Of a stretch of 32,000 nt of DNA, positions 27,565 to 32,000 are shown piece by piece. How positions within the stretch are numbered: the first letter of the stretch is position 1; each line of letters starts with the position of its first letter. A program made the position numbers and the translations under genes. The DNA lies in NCBI GenBank assembly GCA_016699145.1, contig CP064962.1, forward strand, positions 1,020,001 to 1,052,000, in the 5' to 3' direction. Under the pieces are notes generated by a model. The model was not told where the DNA came from, made no database searches, and saw only the letters and a list, made by a program, of their open reading frames with translations. The DNA is from Candidatus Saccharimonadota bacterium. Its GTDB lineage: Bacteria; Patescibacteriota; Gracilibacteria; UBA1369; 2-02-FULL-48-14.

Positions 27565-29808
27565 TTAAAGCAAAGGCATCTCAAAATCCGTGCTTTCTTC
27601 AATCACACTTTTGTTAACGGGAGCCATAGCATCCACCTCCCCGCCCTCGTCCCATTTTTTGAGTTGGTCTTCAACAACTTCACGCGACTGACAATAGGCG
27701 GCACGCGACGCTTCGATGATGGTGCGAGAGTGATCCACAGCACCGTATTGAATGTCCAAAGTTTTTCCAGAAAAAGCTTCGGTGAGCTCGCCATCGATGG
27801 ACATTTTTAAATAGAATTCACGCACGCCCAAATTGATGATGTCACGCACGCCAAATACAGGGGTATATTCACCTTCCAGCACGGCTGCATCCTCCGCCCC
27901 CACACGGAAACTGACCATGGAACCCACATTCCCGAATACCGTTTTTCGTACCTCTTCTTCAAGCTGCCCGATGTATTGATGGCCGATGGTTAAACACAGT
28001 CTATATTTACGTGCCTCCGACAAGATTTCTGCAAAAGTATCCGTCGCAAAATTCTGAAACTCATCCACATAAAAGTAAAAATCCTTACGATCTTCCTCAC
28101 GCATATCCGCACGGGCCATGGCCGCTTGATAAATTTTAGTGATGATCATGGAGCCAAGCAGCGCCGCATTTTCTTCACCCAAAAGTCCTTTAGAAACCTT
28201 CATGAGCAGAATTTTTTCGCCGTCCATAATGTCACGAAGATTGAAAGTATTTTTGGACTGCCCAATGATGTTTCGAATCATATTTGTAGACACGAGCTGG
28301 CCCACTTTATTGAGCAGAGGAGTGATGGCTTCGGCATCAAATTTTTCACTCCAACCAGCGAATTCATTCACCCAAAAGTTTTTCACCACACTGTCTTCAA
28401 TACGAGCCACAATTTTTTGTCGATAATTTTTATCGGAGAGCATTTTCAAAATGGACAGCACAGTCGTATTCGGCGAATCCAAAAGCGCCAAAGTCGTATA
28501 ACGCAGCACATGCTCCAAGCGATTGGACCAATTGGAGCCGAACAATTTTTTGAAAATATCAATGAAACCAATCGTGATTTGCATTTTGAATTTTTCATCC
28601 ACTTTTTCAAGCGGATTGAACGCAATGGGGAACTCGGTGTCTGCAGGATCAAAGTAAATCACATCCTTTATGCGATGCTCTGGGATGAAGCGCAAAATGT
28701 TGTCCACCAGATCACCGTGGGGGTCTAAAATGCCCACACCTTTGCCTGCCTCAATGTCGCTTTTGATCAAAAGTTCCAGCAGTTTGGACTTACCGGTACC
28801 GCTCTTTCCCACGGCATAAAGATGACGCCTTCGGTCCGCCCGCTTAATGCCAAAATTTTGAAAATTATTGTGATAATTCGTGGTTCCAAAAAAAGAAACA
28901 TCTTCTCGTGTGCTAGTGGGCAAGTCTTTCGGCGGTTCATGTTTTTTAGCCAAAATATGCACCACGTGTGGCACATGATCGGAGTTGGGGAAATGGTACA
29001 AAGTTGCAAGTTCATCCACACTCACAATCATCGGTTTTACAAAATGACGAGCCGTATATTCGCGTAAAAAAGCAGCCCCTCGACGAGGTCGTTCCAGCAT
29101 GAATTGATTGCGATCCGTTTTGTTGAATTGAAAAAACGCTTTCGAAAGCGCGGCCAAGTTTCTTTCAGCTTCAGAAACACTATCCGCCACCGCCCCAATA
29201 CGAATTTCAATCTCAAAAGGTTCATGTTCGCTCTTGTGCACAAAGTCGGCACTTTCTTCAGTATAAAAGGTCTTTTTATCTTTGAGACGTACATAATTTT
29301 TAAGCCTAAAACTGCGTCCCATCGAATTGAGCCGCATTTGCACTCGACGTCCAAAATGGTATTGCCAATCTTCTTCACGGGGCGAAATTAAAATTTGAAT
29401 CCACGCTTGATCATTACGGCCAAGTTTAGAAATCACCGAGAAAAGCCCGGACAAAGAATCGAGCTCAAAATCTTTGAATGTTTTGATGGGATAAATATCG
29501 CTTTTCCCAAAGCCCAGCCGCGTGCCCACGAGGTGTTGCTTTTGAGAATCATAAAAATGAGTGTAATCCTTCATTGGGCGGATCTCGCTATTGGGGAAGA
29601 TGGAATAAATGAGTCCTTCCACGAGTTTAGTCAAACTGGGTTCGCAGCCCACGAAAAAGTAGGTGTACTGACCATAACCAAAGAGTTCCAGCGACAAATG
29701 CTTGTGGTGCGCCGTATTGTGAAGATTTTCTAAAAGTTGAAGAAAAAGCTGCTCTTTTTTTGCATTTTCAGGCGTACCTTGCTCCAGAATGACTTGTAGA
29801 AATTCCAT
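27565..29808 (-). CDS. soluble P-loop ATPase of the VirD4/TraD (type IV coupling protein)-HerA/FtsK clade with an unassigned N-terminal domain
   Basis: Walker A AVGKSGTGKS (nt 28786-28809), ILDPHGDL, Walker B FYFYVDEFQNF and ARKYRLCLTIGHQYIGQL (TraG/TraD C-terminal-like). Residues 1-~330 match nothing I recognise. No TM helices. Confidence 0.8.
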   Translation of the reverse strand: MEFLQVILEQGTPENAKKEQLFLQLLENLHNTAHHKHLSLELFGYGQYTYFFVGCEPSLTKLVEGLIYSIFPNSEIRPMKDYTHFYDSQKQHLVGTRLGFGKSDIYPIKTFKDFELDSLSGLFSVISKLGRNDQAWIQILISPREEDWQYHFGRRVQMRLNSMGRSFRLKNYVRLKDKKTFYTEESADFVHKSEHEPFEIEIRIGAVADSVSEAERNLAALSKAFFQFNKTDRNQFMLERPRRGAAFLREYTARHFVKPMIVSVDELATLYHFPNSDHVPHVVHILAKKHEPPKDLPTSTREDVSFFGTTNYHNNFQNFGIKRADRRRHLYAVGKSGTGKSKLLELLIKSDIEAGKGVGILDPHGDLVDNILRFIPEHRIKDVIYFDPADTEFPIAFNPLEKVDEKFKMQITIGFIDIFKKLFGSNWSNRLEHVLRYTTLALLDSPNTTVLSILKMLSDKNYRQKIVARIEDSVVKNFWVNEFAGWSEKFDAEAITPLLNKVGQLVSTNMIRNIIGQSKNTFNLRDIMDGEKILLMKVSKGLLGEENAALLGSMIITKIYQAAMARADMREEDRKDFYFYVDEFQNFATDTFAEILSEARKYRLCLTIGHQYIGQLEEEVRKTVFGNVGSMVSFRVGAEDAAVLEGEYTPVFGVRDIINLGVREFYLKMSIDGELTEAFSGKTLDIQYGAVDHSRTIIEASRAAYCQSREVVEDQLKKWDEGGEVDAMAPVNKSVIEESTDFEMPLL

Positions 29809-29820
29809 AGATTAATTATA

Positions 29821-30612
29821 TCAGATTTGACCTGAAAAACAAAGCTCTGACAGAGGGGCTGGTGATACTTTTTGAAGAGCTTTGGGAGAGTCCACACTTA
29901 AATATTCTTCTTTGGAATAAGCTTGGTTAAAGATATGGAATTCCTTTTGTTGAAGGTTCACACATCCAAAACAATTCTTGCATCCCGTACAATTTTTAAG
30001 AAATGCGCTGTCAAAACAATTCGTACAATCCTGACTGTATTTTAAATTATAACAATTTTGACAATCCACACATTGATAAAGCAATTCAGATTGCAAAACA
30101 TAGGAGCAGTCCACGCAAGATCGGGAGTGTTTAATGACATTTCCATAAAGACAATCTTCATTGAAATCAGAATCAAAAACCAAGTAGCAGTTTTTGTTAT
30201 TCCCTGCATAGTTCGTGTAAACACAATTCATCTCAACAATATCACTCGCAGACACTACGTGAGGAAGAGGCACTTGCCGTAGAAGTTCATCGAATTGTTC
30301 AAAAAAAGGTCGATTGAAATCGAAGTCTTTCCCATACGAAAGAGGATCCCAACGATCGCCCCACCACTCTTTTTGATCGTAGACCTTATAAGGTTTTTCA
30401 GGTGAAATATTTGAAATAAGTTCACGTCCCGTCAGATCACATTTACGATGGTAAAGATTGCGTTCATTACGAAAAATCATTCGTCGTCTCATGCGTTCTT
30501 CGGGGCATAAGGTGGGTAAAGGCACATCTATCTTGGCATAAAAAGCCTGATCTTCATCAGTGATGATAAAGGGTTTCGTACTAACCCGACAAATTTTTTC
30601 TAATGCAGTCAT
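29821..30612 (-). CDS. Cys-rich repeat protein, paralogue A (degenerate zinc-ribbon-like N-terminus + one Cys module)
   Basis: 263 aa from ATG 30612 (ATGA overlap with the upstream stop). N-terminal F.I...D..FY.K...P.P..CP..R..RR...RN...LY.RKC pattern, WWGDRWD...FDFNRPFFEQF linker, then 14 Cys in ~100 aa. Confidence 0.7.
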   Translation of the reverse strand: MTALEKICRVSTKPFIITDEDQAFYAKIDVPLPTLCPEERMRRRMIFRNERNLYHRKCDLTGRELISNISPEKPYKVYDQKEWWGDRWDPLSYGKDFDFNRPFFEQFDELLRQVPLPHVVSASDIVEMNCVYTNYAGNNKNCYLVFDSDFNEDCLYGNVIKHSRSCVDCSYVLQSELLYQCVDCQNCYNLKYSQDCTNCFDSAFLKNCTGCKNCFGCVNLQQKEFHIFNQAYSKEEYLSVDSPKALQKVSPAPLSELCFSGQI

Positions 30613-32000
30613 GAATGAAAAAGTTGAGTGTAACAATGATTGCAATAAACTTGCTCGTCCTTCTCAAAAGGCACACGAATCCCTTGCTTGCAGTGTATGC
30701 AATTTCGGTCCCACAGTCGCCTTGGATTTCTCAACTTCAACCGATCCAAATAACGTTGTTGAGGGGCCCGTCTCGGCAGTGCAAGCCCCAGACTTTTATA
30801 AAGGGTCAGTTCTTGAGGGATGATCTTATAAAGCTTTCCTGAAACCTCGCATTTCAAGATTTGTTTACTGAAATCTTCAGGCACATCTTGAATGGAATCA
30901 GGGATAGTTATAAAAGCCCCCTGATAGTTGTCCTCAGGCTTTTCATCAATCCAATTGTATCCTCTGGCCTTTGCCTCCTCAGCAGTCAGCGGGAAGTATT
31001 CTTGTGCCAGTGTTTCATTGTAAGCGAAGGGGCTCAGCGTGGCTGGAAAAAACTCACCCCATTCACCCGTCTTTTTCATCTGATCAATGATTTGTGCTTT
31101 CAACGTTTCAAACTCCTCTTTGGAATATTCTGTATTGAGAATACAGTACTCACTTCGGTGAACTCCCACACAAGCAAAAAGATTTTTGCTGCTTTGGCAT
31201 AAATCTACATAAAGGCTGTCGCTCACATCGTAAGACACGTTTCCGAATTGAATATTCACACTTCGATTGCATCCATGACAGTTGTATTGAAGTTCACAAG
31301 CAAAGGCAGATTCATAAGTATCAAAACAGTCTTTGGCATAGCCTGTTTCATAGCAATAACGACAATCTTGCGAATAAATAACGTCGAAAGAATCAAAAAC
31401 GTTTTTAGACTGATAAATGCAATCTCCCGTACAATTTTCACTGATCAAAATAACAGATTGTTTCGGCGACTTTTGAATCATATTTTCGTACTCGTCCACG
31501 AAGTGTCGCAATTGTGCATAGGACCCCAAATTCACAGTTTTCATAAAGGCTTCATACTCTTCTTTAGTGAGTTGCTTGTTATAAACGCAGTAACTTTTTC
31601 GAATGAGGCCATTGCACATGAAAGAGTCGCTACAGTTGTAGCAGTTGTAAAGAAAAGCAGAATTAGAATTGTTGTCTGAAAGGAAATTATAGAAAGAGTG
31701 ATAGCCTCCGACCACATACTGACATTCGTAACACAGCTCACTTTTTTCAATATTGTAAGAGTCCGCGCAGTCTTTATTTTGAATCATCCATTTGGAATAA
31801 TAGACATTTTCGCAATAAGAAGAATCCACACATAAATAGCAGTTCCGATTGTTCTCTGCATGGTTGGTGTAGTCACAATTTTCACTGTTTTTTTGGACCA
31901 AAGCCAAGCGAGGAACTTTCAATTGCAGTTCTTTCAACTGTTCAAAAAAAGGACGCGAAAAATCAAAAGCTTTTCCAAATATTTTTGCATCCCATTTGTC
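30609..32000 (-). CDS. Cys-rich repeat protein, paralogue B (5' end beyond window; two Cys modules + C-terminal zinc-ribbon-like segment)
   Basis: The frame stays open to nt 32000 (DKWDAKIFGKAFDFSRPFFEQ precedes the ORF-track TTG start at 31937). Cys modules at ~31554-31889 and ~31113-31445. WGEFFPATLSPFAYNETLAQEYFP segment. C-terminal CIHC...CNHC. Confidence 0.7.
   Translation of the reverse strand, partial: DKWDAKIFGKAFDFSRPFFEQLKELQLKVPRLALVQKNSENCDYTNHAENNRNCYLCVDSSYCENVYYSKWMIQNKDCADSYNIEKSELCYECQYVVGGYHSFYNFLSDNNSNSAFLYNCYNCSDSFMCNGLIRKSYCVYNKQLTKEEYEAFMKTVNLGSYAQLRHFVDEYENMIQKSPKQSVILISENCTGDCIYQSKNVFDSFDVIYSQDCRYCYETGYAKDCFDTYESAFACELQYNCHGCNRSVNIQFGNVSYDVSDSLYVDLCQSSKNLFACVGVHRSEYCILNTEYSKEEFETLKAQIIDQMKKTGEWGEFFPATLSPFAYNETLAQEYFPLTAEEAKARGYNWIDEKPEDNYQGAFITIPDSIQDVPEDFSKQILKCEVSGKLYKIIPQELTLYKSLGLALPRRAPQQRYLDRLKLRNPRRLWDRNCIHCKQGIRVPFEKDEQVYCNHCYTQLFHS

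Noticed and set aside
1-32000. Search for CRISPR arrays, tRNA, rRNA or tmRNA genes
   Set aside because: I saw no regularly spaced direct repeats. All intergenic regions are under ~135 nt and none shows a cloverleaf-compatible sequence. This was a manual scan only; tRNAscan-SE or Infernal should confirm.
26869-32000. Calling the whole 26.9-32 kb region a horizontally acquired island on composition
   Set aside because: It looks more AT-rich by eye, but the ATPase gene uses the same CGN Arg codons as core genes, and I cannot compute composition statistics here. I left this as an open question rather than a claim.

Overview
Gene-dense bacterial chromosome segment of intermediate GC (by eye). It has many 4-8 nt start/stop overlaps and several convergent gene pairs whose stop codons overlap. 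Together with the gene content (AlaRS without a C-Ala domain, DUF4012 protein, archaeal-type PurP, orphan coupling-protein-like ATPase, Cys-rich zinc-ribbon-like family), this suggests a small-genome CPR/Patescibacteria-like organism; that assignment is inference, not proven. Core genes: ftsW-murG-glycosyltransferase, miaB, alaS, mutL, LysM/M23 peptidase, yidD, purH, uppP, an SLH-domain surface protein and two purP paralogues, one of them interrupted by an in-frame TAG. Accessory content: a MazEF-like and a VapBC-like toxin-antitoxin pair, an IS481-like insertion sequence wedged between mutL and the M23 peptidase gene, a 749-aa orphan protein with atypical Arg codon usage, and a secreted TIMP/NTR-like protein. 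The best candidate for an undescribed system is the minus-strand cluster at 26869-32000. It holds two tandem, translationally coupled Cys-rich repeat proteins (three copies of a ~110-aa Cys module plus degenerate zinc-ribbon-like segments). These are followed by a soluble VirD4/TraD-like P-loop ATPase with an unassigned ~330-aa N-terminal domain, then the VapBC pair. No canonical type IV secretion partners are visible. I found no rRNA, tRNA or CRISPR array.
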